NCBI RefSeq assembly: GCF_009914755.1
Contig: NC_060928.1
DNA length: 64,000 bases
Reading direction: 5' to 3' (one strand)
Source of the DNA: the human T2T-CHM13v2.0 reference genome, Homo sapiens
Shown: positions 14,138 to 28,329 of the stretch, piece after piece
Position numbering within the stretch: position 1 is the first letter of the stretch
Layout of the letters: every line of letters begins with the position of its first letter
The notes under the pieces: model-generated
The model's database searches: none
Told to the model about the DNA's origin: nothing
Seen by the model: the letters and a program-made list of their open reading frames with translations, nothing else
Translations under genes and position numbers: made by a program

Positions 14138-17100
14138 ACCTCTGCTGAACATGACAATTGGTCTCTCAGGCCATACAGTTGAAAAGGGGACAGAAATTAC
14201 CTTGACTTGTTCTTTTCTGTATGTTGAATTATGGGATCTGATGTCCCACATTTTCACATGAAGATGTTGGGTACATGTTACCAGGTCACAGGTCTGACAG
14301 TCGAGTTAAACACCTGGAGGATTTTGCCACTGACTGGAGTGGACACCTGGTGACGGCTTGTGCCTACCTTTGGCCTTAGGGATGGGAGGTAGGGATCCAC
14401 TCCAGTGAAGCTGAGATCAGTGTTCTGCAGCCTTGCACTTGCTATGTCTCCACACCAAATGAGACTTGATATTTTACCTTTTCAGCTGTAGAATTCTCTA
14501 GCTCGTTTGGCATATTTGCTGTCCATAGCTTCCAGAGCTTCCATACTGCAAGCATGGTGGTTGGAAGGCTGAGGCTTCTCCACAATCCACAGGCTCCCTA
14601 GACTTCCACAAAACAGTGAGATTTTGAAAAAGGGTAGAAACATGATGATGGACTTTCCATTTTATACACAATTCTATTTAATGATGAATTACAAAATAAT
14701 TGACTTCATTTTGTGCTGAAAAGACCTTTGACCTCTCTTAGCCTGGCATTTCCAGCCTATGATTTATTTTTAAAAAAGTGTTTTATTTGTTCATTAGTTT
14801 TCTGTTGCATTTGAATTTTAAAGCTCTCCTTTAAAAAGAAAAATAAAGTATACATTTGAAAGAAGAATGAAGAGGACTGCATCTTATGCGTATTAAGCCT
14901 CTGTAGCAAAAGGATGATTAAAAAGGTATATACATGTTTCCTTTCACCGTTTCCTATATTTCCTTTGACTTTCATAAAAATTCTTTACTTTGGCAGGACT
15001 TTTGCAGTCAGATAGAGTCAAACATATGCCAACCAAAGCTTACACTGTTCCATCACCCCTCTACGTGCCCCTGAAATTTTTTCCTTCTTTTACTTAAAAA
15101 TGCAACTAAACTTTAAATTTTTCTCAGCTTGCCTGTATGAAACTGTTTTTATTTTTAAAATAACATTGATACAAATAATATATTTTCCCCATATTATTAG
15201 CTTTTATTCCATCCACTTCCTCCCCCCATTCAGCACAAGGTACGGTTTTGACAGGTAGCATGATGAGATTTAGAACAGAGGCTGAAGTTAATTGAGGTTA
15301 GCAAGAAAAATATTACTGTCAATTTCAGATTTTTTCTTTAATTATTTTAAACTCATGAATAATCAGTTAAATGAAAAAGAAATGCACATTTAAGAGCATC
15401 TTGAAAATTCCCACTCCTAGGTGCGTCAGAGGAGAGAAGCCTCTTGTGACACTATCTACAATAGAACACACCACTGGCTTTTTGCAGATGACATAGTTTT
15501 TGTTTTTTGGTTTTTAATGATGCTTCTTTTGAAGTGACAGAATGAATACACTGGGAAGAGGAAGTTGAGCATATTCAGTCATAAAAGGCAATTTGCCTTT
15601 TCAGTGATAACCTGGCTACACTATCGCACTGGGAATAAGTGTGGCACACAACTCTAAAGACAGGGAATTCGGGGGCCTATACTGAGAAGGATAAACAGCC
15701 AGCGATCCAGTTCTGCAGAAGGGCAAGCTTCAGTGGCTGTGCTTCCTTGGGACACGCTCGGGTGCCTTCTGGGTTTCCATATCATGGGAAAAATACTCTG
15801 GCCTAAAAGGACTCACTTGACTAATACAATTTTCTTTTAAAGACTGGTAAGCTGTTTTATCAACCCTGCTAGCCAATTAGAGTGTCTGGATTAATTGCTT
15901 TTACTGGAAAAAAATGATTATTTTGCCAAAAACTTTTAAATGAAGAAAATCCATCCAAAAAAGAAAAGGGAGCTTTCTTTGAATTTGCCCACAGATTGTC
16001 TCCCTCCCTTAGCCTTTTCTCATTTTCACGCCCCACCCCACCTGTTCTCATGTGTGTGATGTAAGTACTCTTTCCACCATAAAGGAAGGTTAGCATTTCG
16101 TTTTATGTAGATGCCTGTGGAAGGTGAAAGTCATGTTAAAGATGCTTCTGTGATCTGGACAGAAAGCTGGGGTTCCCTATGGGTGATTCTTTTTGGGTCA
16201 CTCTTTCAGTCATGTATTTATTTAGCAAACTTTTATGAAGCATCCACCAGTGTTCAACAGACGGATCTACTTCGCTGAGAGTTTGTGTTTTAAGTGGTTT
16301 AAAAGTAAGACAAGTAGCATAGGATATTTGGTCATCTTTCCCTCTAACAAAACTAAATGTCTTTTTTTTTTAAGTTGAATAGAAACATCATTCATAATGG
16401 TCAGCCCAAAATAATGATAACAGAAGATATAAAACTTGAAGCCAAGAAACTGCTTTGGAAAACAATATTTAAGGAGCGTGTGATAAATTTGTTCTATCTA
16501 ATTCTAAAATGGAAGGATAGTGAGGGCTTTCTTAACATTCAGAATGAGAGCTGTTCATCTGACAGTCATTTTTCCTTTAGAGTGCTGGTTTTGGAGGCAT
16601 TCTTTCTCATTTCCATGTGAGAAGACAGGCTTCTGTCATTAAGAACTGAGCTTCCAGGTATGAAGTCCTGAGATATCCATGTATTGAGACTCATCACTTT
16701 GACTAATGGAAGATCCTGACCACATATCATCTTAAGCACCTCTTCACAGTGTGTCATTTTTCCAGCTCAGTTGATTTTTGATACATCTCACTTTATCAGT
16801 CATCGAAGTGGAAATTTCATCACTCTTATATGCTTTCTGAGTTTTTCTTAGTGTTTGTTTGTAATAGGTTTTATGGGTGATTAGTTATGGGAATTGCGGC
16901 ATTCTCGGTGATGGGAACCTATCTTAATTTCACTCATGAAACCTGTTTCTCTCATAAAGTATGTCATAAACCCCAGGGAGAATCTGTTTTGCATTTAAAC
17001 ATAGCTTGTTGAAATTAGGATAGATGCTTTTTATCATCACTTAGTATAGAAATGAATAGCTGAAATTATTTGCATTTGCTCTAATGTTGGAGCATTGGCC

Positions 17101-17394
17101 TTCTCAACTGTGTGATTTCACACGTTGGTTACTGTGCTGGGACGTGCCACTGACTGGTTGCTCCACTGGGCACTTGCAGATTCAGAATTTTACCAAAGTC
17201 CCACTGAACCATATTATGACATAAGAGTCATATTTCTGTTGTGTTGGTGGATGAGCATCTTTGCTTTAAAAGCTTTCACAATAAAGCGTAAGAATTGATA
17301 TGACCCATCATTTCATTGTATCCAATGCAACTGTGTATACCTGCCCTGATAGTCAACGCGCTGTCATTGTCCAATGTATACATTTTACATCATG

Positions 17395-17600
17395 CGCATC
17401 TGGTTTTGAGCCGTAGCTGTCTACTTAACAGGTGTATGACCTTGGTGGGGGGGTGACTTAATTTCTCTTGAGTCTAGATTTCCTTATGTGTAAAAACAAG
17501 TTATTAAAAGAACCAACCTTCTAAGTTTGTTGTAGAATTTCAATGAGATAAGGCATGTAAAGTGGACATTTAATGAGGTACTCAATACATTTTAGCTATG
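17395..17600 (+). mobile_element. MIR
   Basis: 'tatgaccttgg...gacttaatttctcttgagtctagatttccttatgtgtaaaa...gttgtagaatttcaatgagataaggcatgtaaag'. Confidence 0.7.
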
Positions 17601-17977
17601 GACATTAAACTTTTTAAACTCTCTATTTGACAACTTTCTAGGCACCACATGGCCGTAGGATCCTCAGATTAATTGTATGTGTTCATTTTAATGGTTTAAT
17701 TTTTAATTCGAAGCTTTCCTCTTTTGTTTTTATATTGCGAGATTATAATTAGAATATCCTGCTCAACGATTATTTTTTCAAGATAGAAATTTTACCATAA
17801 TAAAAGTCATGGAGACATATAAATGTGATAGCCTGATTTTGTTAGAATAGCATTTTTGCTAGATCATCACATTTCCAGTATTCGAGAGGAAAATTTAAAA
17901 TAGACTATGAAGACTATAGGGGATTGGCAAGTAAAAAAAAAAAGAAGTCAAAGAAAATGAGCTAAATCTAGTAGTAG

Positions 17978-18323
<346 letters not shown>

Positions 18324-18743
18324 AAGATAATTTTTTTTAATTAAAATTGGCTGTATTGTCTCATCAAAGTTCACATCAATCAGGAAATACTATTGATGAT
18401 TGAAGACCTGCTGTGTACAAGACACAAAGGCAGGCAACACTGGAGTAGGTTTTTCTGTTGGGATGACTGTGAATTTTGAAGCAGAGGAGGGGGTGGAAAA
18501 TGATGGCACAATAAAAGTTCAGTTACAATCAGCACTCCTGCTTCTCACCTGTCGTGTCCAATAGAGAGTTGAATCTGAAACGGGAATGACACAGCTTAAA
18601 ACTGTTTGGCATGGATAGGGGATTTGTGGGGTTGTGTAGATCCCTTATTGTCCTCCAGTGGTTTGCAGCCACCGTACTTCGGCTTACTGATGTGCTGCAC
18701 GTGAATGACAGGTGCTACGACAGTGATTCAGTCTGTCGAGGGG

Positions 18744-18820
18744 TTTTTCTTTCTTTCTCTTTTTTCTTTTTCTTCTTCTCCTCCTCTGTCCTCCCCTCTC
18801 CTCTTTTCTTCTCTCTTTTT
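18744..18820. repeat. Pyrimidine-rich (CT) low-complexity tract
   Basis: About 75 nt almost entirely C/T. Confidence 0.8.
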
Positions 18821-19999
18821 ATTCCTGTAGCAGGAGACACAGGTGGATGGTAAGGTCTAATTTCCAGAAAGCTGAGCTTTGCTGCTTGTGAACGTGGTAT
18901 CTTTGGCTACCACTGAGGGTTAGACTCAGGTCCACTACAGCAATTCTGACATATTTACTGAAATCTGTGAGGTTTTTGCTCTGGAAGTATAGAAGAGGAC
19001 ATGGTCAAGGCAGTAAACAGATCTAAAAAAAAAACCACAAAAACAAAAGGAACAGATTGTTAACAAATAACAAGTTCTGAAGGCCAGCAAGTAAGACAGC
19101 TTTTGTTTCTTTATCAATACTGTAAGGTGCTGATTTACTGTAAAACTAATTGCATTATAATTGGATGTGGCTTTTCAATGTTGTTTTGAGTCTTTTATTC
19201 CTTCCAACATGCCACCAAAATGTTTATTTCGAAGTAGGCCGTGAATACTGTGCTGGAGGATTTGTTGAACAAGAAAACTAGGTGTAGTCAGACTAAAAAT
19301 GTTATTGTGGTGATCCATCCCCAGATCATGGAAGAGAGTTATTATTCAGAATCTGCATTTTGATGGTATTCACTTTACTGATATTTTAGCCATAATTTAT
19401 CCTCTTTCACTACAGTTCTTAAACTAGGTCCTTCCGATGTGTGTCCCAGTTCTCTTTCCCGGTTACACGCCTCTACTTCTGCACAGCGGCTCTTTGCGGC
19501 CTTCCTGCCTTGGCCTTGGATGGAAGGGTAACCCCCTGCAGAGTATTCAATGATCAGACTGTGTCCTGTGTATGTGACTTTGCAGCAATACCCAATGCCA
19601 GTTTGATGCGTGGTGCTTACTTCACAGAAGCCCATTTCATGTAGGGCTTGGGAGGAAGTCGTTGCTATCCTGGATGTTCTTACGTTCTTTAGTAATGGTG
19701 GAAGGGAAAGAATTTCGTACACCATTGTTATTAACACCCTGAATCCTGCAGATCTGGCCAAAGGGAGGGTGACCCTAGCCATCTGGGAAGTGTGCAAGGC
19801 AGAAGCACCGTCCATATGGGAGGAGCTGGAGGTGCCTGGCCCTGTCTGGTCAGGTGGTGGGTCTGGCTGATCTTTTCCCCTTCAGCACCAGGAAGTTACA
19901 CAAACCTGTACTTCATGCACCCAAGGAGAAGAAAGAGGGCCCCCTCCTCTGTCCCGTGATATGATAGTGAACCATACTTACATTTGAAAGATAGTTTCT

Positions 20000-20167
20000 T
20001 TCTTTCTTTTTTTTTCTTTTTTTTTGAGACAGTCTTCCTCTGTCACCCAGGCTGGAGTACAGTGGCACCCTCATAGCCTGCAACCTTGACCTCCTAGGCT
20101 CAGGTGACCCTCCTGCCTCAGCCTCCCAAAGTGCTAGGATTACAGGCCTGAGCCACCATGTCCAGCC
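20000..20167 (-). mobile_element. Monomeric Alu (FRAM/AluJ-like)
   Basis: One monomer length plus T tract. TSD tgaaagatagtttct / tgaaagatgttttct. Confidence 0.85.
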
Positions 20168-22130
20168 TGAAAGATGTTTTCTGAATCAGGTTTGTACAGC
20201 CAAGTTACTTTGAAAGCATACGTGAAAATGTTTATAAGTTATAATACATTTTATATGTATGTTATTATCATAAGTAGATAGGTGTTTCCTACTTGAATCT
20301 TTGAGTTACCTGGATGCATTTCTTAAGGAGAGTTTATAACAAAATGTTTTAATAGGAAATTTCATTATAATAATTTGAACTTTTCCCATTTATTGCTTTT
20401 TATTATTACTGGATAAATATTGTGATACTCCTGGTGCTCTGAACCCCATCTGAGCAGAAACCTGTAGTATCTGAGGACTCTTGCCAATAACATAATGGTA
20501 GATTGTGTCAAGAATATGCTCTTCATCTGCCTAGGGTTTCATGATTTTCAAGTTGTACATACTAGAAAGGTTCTGTAGATAAAGTATGAGAGGAGAAAGG
20601 CATTATGTACATTAGTTGAAATTGGCATCATGTTGCCAAACTGTAATAAGCCTTAGGGGAGCTCAGTGTTGAAACTACTCAATTGAATGCTGCAATTTCC
20701 CATAACAATTTAAAAGGCCTGCAGGCATGCTAAAGTCATAGCTGGATCTTTCAGTTAACACTCTGTAACATGACCCCAAAGTCTCATTTACATCACAGCA
20801 ATTAAAATATATTCCACATTACACGTTTACTACCACATACTGTAGAAATAATCCAATGAAATGTGGCTATTTTCCAAAAATAATATGGAAATCTTGATAT
20901 GATACGTATTCACAATTTCTTCTTTCCAAAGTGGTATCACCATTACACACTTGTACATACAGGATAATGGTAATTGTGAAGGGGGAGGAAAGTGGGGCAG
21001 ATGAAGAGGAATGCAGCCTGGACTGATGAAAACTAGCAATCATTACTACTTGGTGACCCACAGGAAATTGGTTTTGTGGTCTCAGTCCGGTTCATGGGTG
21101 ACAGGTGTCCATTGTGCAAAATAATCATCGTAATCTGTGCTAATTGGCCCCCTACTGGTAGTTAGAAAGTAGAGAGACCAAAAATTATATGAGCACAAAG
21201 AACCCTTCTACACCTCCTGGTTGCAGAAGGGTTGCCTCTGGACTAGGACAAAATGCCAACACCCAGTTGGGAAAGAGATGGAAATGTAGAGTAGCACTCA
21301 CCTGAGGAAGGTATTTTCATGAATTTAGAGTCCTTTCCTTAATGCTCCATCCAAATTAAATTTAAAATCCTCCTGACATAGGGATTATAGCTGTAACTAT
21401 TAATTGATATCATAACTATTTTGTAATGAGCTGAACAGCAAATTGAATTACTTTAAAGCAGAGCCGTGGTGGGCAAAATTAGATCATATTTTCTCAACAG
21501 TGACGACTGCATTTTAGCAATGCCTCCCTTTGAGGAAACGTAGACCAAATTGACTTACTCCAAATTGTTGTTGTGGTTTAATATTTATTGAATAGCCACA
21601 ATTTACTAGCTTACCTTGAAAGTGTGGTTTTTAACAGTTGTCTAGAATACATCACCAAGGTATGAAATACAGTGGCAAAAGTCCAGCTTCTCCACTTGGC
21701 AGGCAGTCAATGGGAAACCAAGGAAACTGCCTTGCTCTCTGTGCCTGCTGGAACATTCTTGCCTGCACTCCCCTTTTGTGGTCAGGAAGAGCTTTGGAAG
21801 AATCCTACTTTAGCAGACATCTGAGAACGCAACATTTTTATCTACTGACTAGGTCCATTTTAATCCTCTGCCGTGGTTTATAACTACCACTAGTAACAGC
21901 ATTGAAACAAATTTAATTGGGCCACTTACTCAAGAGCCTTTGTGTCCATTATTGGGAGGTGCCTCCTTTGAGCAGACACAGCCCCCTCCTAGGGGTGCTG
22001 AACTGGGCAACCGCAAAGCACAGGCTGGATTGAGCCCCCCAACCCCCTCAGCAGATGACCCGATGCCTGGGTTGGGCGTTGTCTACCTGACCCATGAAAA
22101 CTTTTTAAAATTATAGATTATGCACATATT

Positions 22131-22450
22131 TGGTTTTTTTTTTTATGAGACAGGGTCTCACTCTGTCACCCAGGCTGGAGTGCAGTGGTGCAGTCATAGC
22201 TCACTGCAGCCTTGAACTCCTGGGCTCAAGTGATCCTTCCACCCCAGCCTTCTGAGTAGCTAGGCCTACAGGTGGTATGTGCCACCGTGACTGGCTAATT
22301 AAAAAACAAAACAAAACAAAAAAACTTGTTTTGTAGAGATGGGATCTCACTATATTGCCCACGCTGGTCTTGAACTCCTGGCCTCAAGTGATCCTCCTGC
22401 CTCAGCCTCCTAATGTGCTGTGATTACAGGTGTGAGCCGCTGTGCCCAAC
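22131..22450 (-). mobile_element. AluJ-type SINE
   Basis: J diagnostics 'catagctcactgcagccttgaactcctgggctcaag'. TSD tatgcacatatttg / tatgcatgtatttg. Confidence 0.9.
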
Positions 22451-23679
22451 CTATGCATGTATTTGTCTTTATGATATAAATCATCTAGGAAATCCAGAAC
22501 CACAAAGGTATAGGATACGTGTTTCCTATTTTTACTTGACTATTTGGCAGTATTTATACAAAGTCATAATATTTGAGTGTATTGTGCCTATGCATTTTAA
22601 GGTGTGTAACTAAACTTGAGAAGTCCAAACAGTATATTTCTGTGTGAGCCTATACCTAGTCAAGCATATTTATATTCCCCAATACTGTTGCATTACAATG
22701 TGTTTAAAAACAAACAATAAACACCCACGAAGAAAAATATTCTAGAGAATGGAATCCTCCGAGTAAGCACACAGACCGCTAGCCAGGCTGGCTGTTTCCC
22801 CTACACATTGATACTGAGTCCAGAACCGACCTAGCCCCTACTGTCTCCACAGCAAGCTCAGAGACTTTCCTCAGTTCTTGGGACGAATCAGACACTCAGA
22901 CTGAACCCAAAGGGTTTTTGGGATCCTGAATCTACTCTGGAACTTATCTATCCCCTAGAGCTTACCTCCTTCAAGGAGGAAGTGGGGTTTGGGAATTCGT
23001 CTGTCCACTGACAGATGCCATGTTGACGGAGACACCTGCATTCGCATCGCTGAGTGCGAATTTCCCACTTTCCAGGGATCCGTGAGGAAGGTGCCGTGTG
23101 GCTGGTTTGCTGCTTTTCAGACTAAGATGAGAGCTGTCTGGTGGGCAGTAGACAGTGTATATGTTTATTATAGTAATTTTGCCTGTGGGTAACAGAGGCA
23201 TGAATAACTGCAGTTATCCCTTATTCTCCAAATACTTGGGGGTAGTTACCAGGTCTTCACCTAGTTACTAAAATAAGCCTACCAGCATTCTTCAGTCTGG
23301 AGACTCTTCATCAGTTTCATTCCTCCTCTTGAAAGTCCTGCCAGCGTCTGCCTACTGCTTTCTACTACCAAGACAAAAATATTTGGATAACATTAGACAT
23401 GAAATCATTTTGAAATTATTGGTGTGGGAACAATTTTTTTCTTATTTGATGACATAGTCCCTCTGAATAAGCTCATAAAAATTCAAAACTCAAATTCTAT
23501 TCACACATTTTAGCAAAATAGCAATTTCGTAACAGAGGTATAATCTCTTGCTCTCAACCGTATAGACTGGGCTTTGGTGTATTTTTCGCAAACCAGCTCC
23601 CCCAGATTACTGAGATTTAAGCCTAATGACAGCGGACATGATTCTCGGACACCGGGCAATGTACTTGATGTCATTATAG

Positions 23680-23935
23680 TAGCTGCCCTTTATCAAGTAC
23701 TCATTATGTTATGTGCCAATAACTGTGCTGAATGCCCTAAAAAACTTTATCTCATTTAATCTTCATAATATCTCCGCTAGAAAGGTATTGTCATATGCTT
23801 TTTGGATAATTAAAAGTAGTAAACTAAGCCTCAGAGAGCTTAAGTAACCTGTCCAAGGCCATGTGTCACATCATTTGTAAATAGTGGAGCTAGACTTTAG
23901 ACATAGTTTTGTCTGATTACAAAACCTGTTCTCTG
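23680..23935 (-). mobile_element. MIR
   Basis: 'atctcatttaatcttcataa...aaactaagcctcagagagcttaagtaacctgtccaaggcc'. Confidence 0.7.
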
Positions 23936-24024
23936 TCTCCTTCCCAGTTGTATTGATATAGTTTTTTCAGTTGAAATATCCAGGGTAAGAACTTGTTATT
24001 TCAGAAGCATATTTCTTTTTCTTT

Positions 24025-24172
24025 AAATTCTTATTTTTATTTATTTATTTTTAATTGAGATGGGATTTCACTATGTTGCCTAGGCTGGTCTCAAACTCCT
24101 GGGCTCAAGTGATCCTCCTGCCTCAGCCTCCCAAGTAGCTTGGATTACAGGTGCGTGCCACCATACACAGCT
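24025..24172 (-). mobile_element. FLAM_A-like free left Alu monomer
   Basis: Left monomer with 'cccaagtagct'. Degenerate TSD tcagaagcatatttct / tcagaatcatttatttct. Confidence 0.8.
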
Positions 24173-24390
24173 CTCAGAATCATTTATTTCTGTCAGTCAC
24201 TGAGGTCTGCTTCTTCTACGTAGACGTCAGTGAGCAGGAGGCAGGCTTTCTCCAAATGACGGCAAAAATGTAAACAAGCTACAAGTTTACATCTTCCCCT
24301 TAGCAACTCTAATGAAAAGAGTAGGCTCATTCCCAGTAGTTTCACCAGATGTCCCAGGACTGACCTCATTGGTCACATGTTCATTCTTAA

Positions 24391-24834
<444 letters not shown>

Positions 24835-25289
24835 TAGTACAGCTACCAAGGCTGTGATGGAAGAGAGCCTGTCTCCTTTGATAACTGAACCACATAGGAT
24901 GACAGACAAGCAAAGAGAATTGTGAGCACGTCTCCCTCTGAAACACATAATATCACACCAGGGTGTCATTTATGTTCTTCTCTAATCGTCTTTTCCCTGA
25001 AGAAGCAGCTTGAAAATGTTTTCAGTAGATTTTATCCTCTTGGTCTTACATTTTACACCTTTCTTACTCCTGAGTTGAATTTCACTTGGCTTTTATTTTT
25101 GCATCCCCAAAGCTGTGATCTCTGCAAATGTAATTTTCAATATGACAGCCTTCATTGACTTTGTTAATACTGGATCTGTTGACATCCTGACATGGTTTGT
25201 TAAACTCATTGCTGTCATCTCTCTCTCTCTTTTTTACTTCTTAAAAAATTTTATCTCTTAAATCTCCTCTTTGTTCTAAGGTTTGGAAG

Positions 25290-25520
25290 TATAGTCCAGA
25301 GGTTAAGAGGAGAGATTTGGAATGAAACTGAAATGTGTTCAAATTCAGCTCAGGTGATTTCTGACTCTATGACCTTGGATGGGCCAGTGAATCTCTCTGG
25401 GCCTCAGTTCTGTCATGCGAAAATGGAGTTGATAATTCTTATTTAGCAAGGTTGTTGTGAGGATTAAGTGAGGTCATATATGTAAAGCACCTGGCATATT
25501 TTAAGCACTCAATAAATAAT
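25290..25520 (+). mobile_element. MIR
   Basis: 'tatgaccttgg...ctctctgggcctcagtt...ggttgttgtgaggattaagtgag...tgtaaagcacctggcat...gcactcaataaa'. Confidence 0.75.
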
Positions 25521-26025
25521 CAAGATTGAAATTAATAATTCGTCAAGGAGCTTTTATGTCCACTCTGAAAGAGAGGAATATGCCCAGCACTTAGGGAAAT
25601 CACATGAGCTCTTCATTGAAGAAGCTCCCCCAGTGGCACACAGACTTCCCAACTATCACTGGGCCAGTGAGACCCATCTTTAAGGCACTTTTTAAATATG
25701 GAAAGCTGTAGTTGTTTTGAAGTCATCTAGAAAACTTGCTTTTCTCTCATTACGACTAAAGGTTTGAATTTGGACTTGATGCTACACAAGTCTTACCGTT
25801 TGGCAACTTTTCCAAGAAATAAATGGAAGAGCACCATATGGGGGTGTGAGCCCCAGCCTAGCCACACTACTGGTTAGTTGCATGACTTGAACATTTTTAT
25901 TAGTTGTCATAGTTCCTCATCTCTATAACTGGCAATAACACAAACTGGCTGTGTTGCTGTTAGGTTTAGAAATGCAATGTGTAAAATACCCAGCATGAAA
26001 AAGCGTTTAATAAATTGAGGTTATT

Positions 26026-26195
26026 GGCTTGGTGTGGTGGCTCACGCCTGTAGTCCCCAGTACTTTGGGAGGCCAAGGCCTGAGAATTGCTTGAGTCTGG
26101 AAGTTCAAGGCTGCAGTGAGCTGTGATCGTACCACCGTACTCCAGCCTGGGCAGCAGAGCGAGACCCTGTCTCAAAAAATAAAGAAATAAAATAG
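26026..26195 (+). mobile_element. Monomeric Alu (FRAM/AluJ-like)
   Basis: One monomer plus A-rich tail. 17-bp TSD aataaattgaggttatt / aataaatagaggttatt. Confidence 0.87.
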
Positions 26196-27842
26196 AATAA
26201 ATAGAGGTTATTATTATTACTGTGTGTGTGATTGTGCCTGGCATGTCCACTGAGGTGGACATGTTCAGCCGAAGATGGAATGACCTACTTCAATCAGAAT
26301 AAGACATCTGGAGTGATATCAAACTGTCTATTTGGTTGTTTTTTTACCTAGTGTGTTTGAGGCCATTCGGATACCACAGTATTATCTGAATGACATATAA
26401 TTGTGTTTCTTACTTTTCCCTCTGAACCAGATATTATTACTGGCAAAATTTTCAAAGTCCTGGCTCATGCCGAAGCGCAGGTGAAAAAAGTAGTGGCCTC
26501 TATATTCAGGGTGTCTGATTTAAGCCATCATAGAAATGTGTAAATAGGTATGATGGATATTGGTTGATCCAGGCAGGCAGACAAATTGAGAGGTATTATT
26601 TACACTTTACCCTAAAGGTCTGCAAGCTTGGAAAGCTGCATTTGGCTCAGCTGTATTGGATCCTTGAGTGCCTTTTCCCATCTATTCTAAGTATAGAAAT
26701 TATGACCTCTTCCCTGTAGTTATTCCTCTGTTTGCAACCACAAACTAAATGACTGGATTAATATATATTACTAGTGTCTATTAAATTTTCTTTCCATAAT
26801 TTTTATCAGGAAAAACAGAATTACTTTTATTTTCAAACCATGCAAATGAATTGTTTTGTTTTGAAATCATAGAATATATTCTCACTTTACTGAGTAAATT
26901 AACCTTATTATCTTTATTTTTTTCTTTTTTGATCATTTTCAGTTTTTGTTTCCTTCTACATAGGAATATTTTTGAAAAAATTTTTAATGCATTGATGAGA
27001 GTTAAGCCACTTTTCTTATAGCCTAAGGCACTGTTCTATATATTTTCCAATTAAAAATCTTTCAGTATTCACAGTTATTCAGTAGCTATTTTAATATATT
27101 TCCTAAATATACTATTTATAGTTCTATATATTTTATTACCTAAATTTACGTTTATTCATGATAATTCATCCATGATGAGTAGTTTTGAATTTTAAAACAA
27201 TAAGTTTTCTGTTCATTATACTAAAAATAACAACATAAATATATCTTTATCAACATGAAAATGTTCATAATATATTAAGTAAAAATGGGTTACAAGATTA
27301 TCCATTTTAAATATATATATATACACACATGTTCATATATACATACAGCATATGCATGGAAAAAGTCTGAAAAGGTGAACACCAAAAAGCTAGGAGGGCA
27401 ATTATTATTTTTTGTCTTATCTGCATTTTCCAGTTTCCAGAAGGAAAAAATATTACCTGCTTAATACATATTTTAAATGAAAAAAAAACAGCAAATATTG
27501 GGAATGTGTATTAAACAGTGCTTAGGGGATGGCCTCCTGTTTTCTCTCTCTCAGGAGAGTTTCCTCTTCACTCAGCTGCTCAAGCCAGAAAGTTGGTATC
27601 ATTCTCAACTCTTTTCTTTTCCTCACCCTCATTTTAGCCCATCACAGTCATGCTGATGCCACCTCTAACTATCTCTCATATCCATCCATTTTTCTAAATC
27701 TCCACTCCATCCCTTTTCCCCTATTTTCCATCCTTCAGCCAGAGAGATCTTCCTAAGCTAAAAGTCTGATTTATACAATTATAAATACATTGATTTTCTT
27801 TATATTCTGTCTCCTTTCTCAGATTAAAAGAGGGCACGGGCT

Positions 27843-28171
<329 letters not shown>

Positions 28172-28329
28172 TTACAATGTCATGTCACCATGACAGCTGG
28201 TAGCATTTATACATGTAGGATAAGTGAATAAGTAAAGAAATCAATGGTCACTGTGCTTTGTGCACAATTTCATGTCTATACATACAGATCAGCTGCATTC
28301 TTTTGAATCACTGCACAGCATTCCTCTAT

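Noticed and set aside
19375-19870. 146-aa minus-strand ORF and overlapping plus-strand ORFs in unique sequence
   Set aside because: No recognisable domain, splice structure, poly(A) tail or TSD. Compatible with a chance ORF.
19881-19901. REST/NRSE left half-site TTCAGCACC
   Set aside because: The right half (GGACAG) is absent at canonical or nearby spacing.
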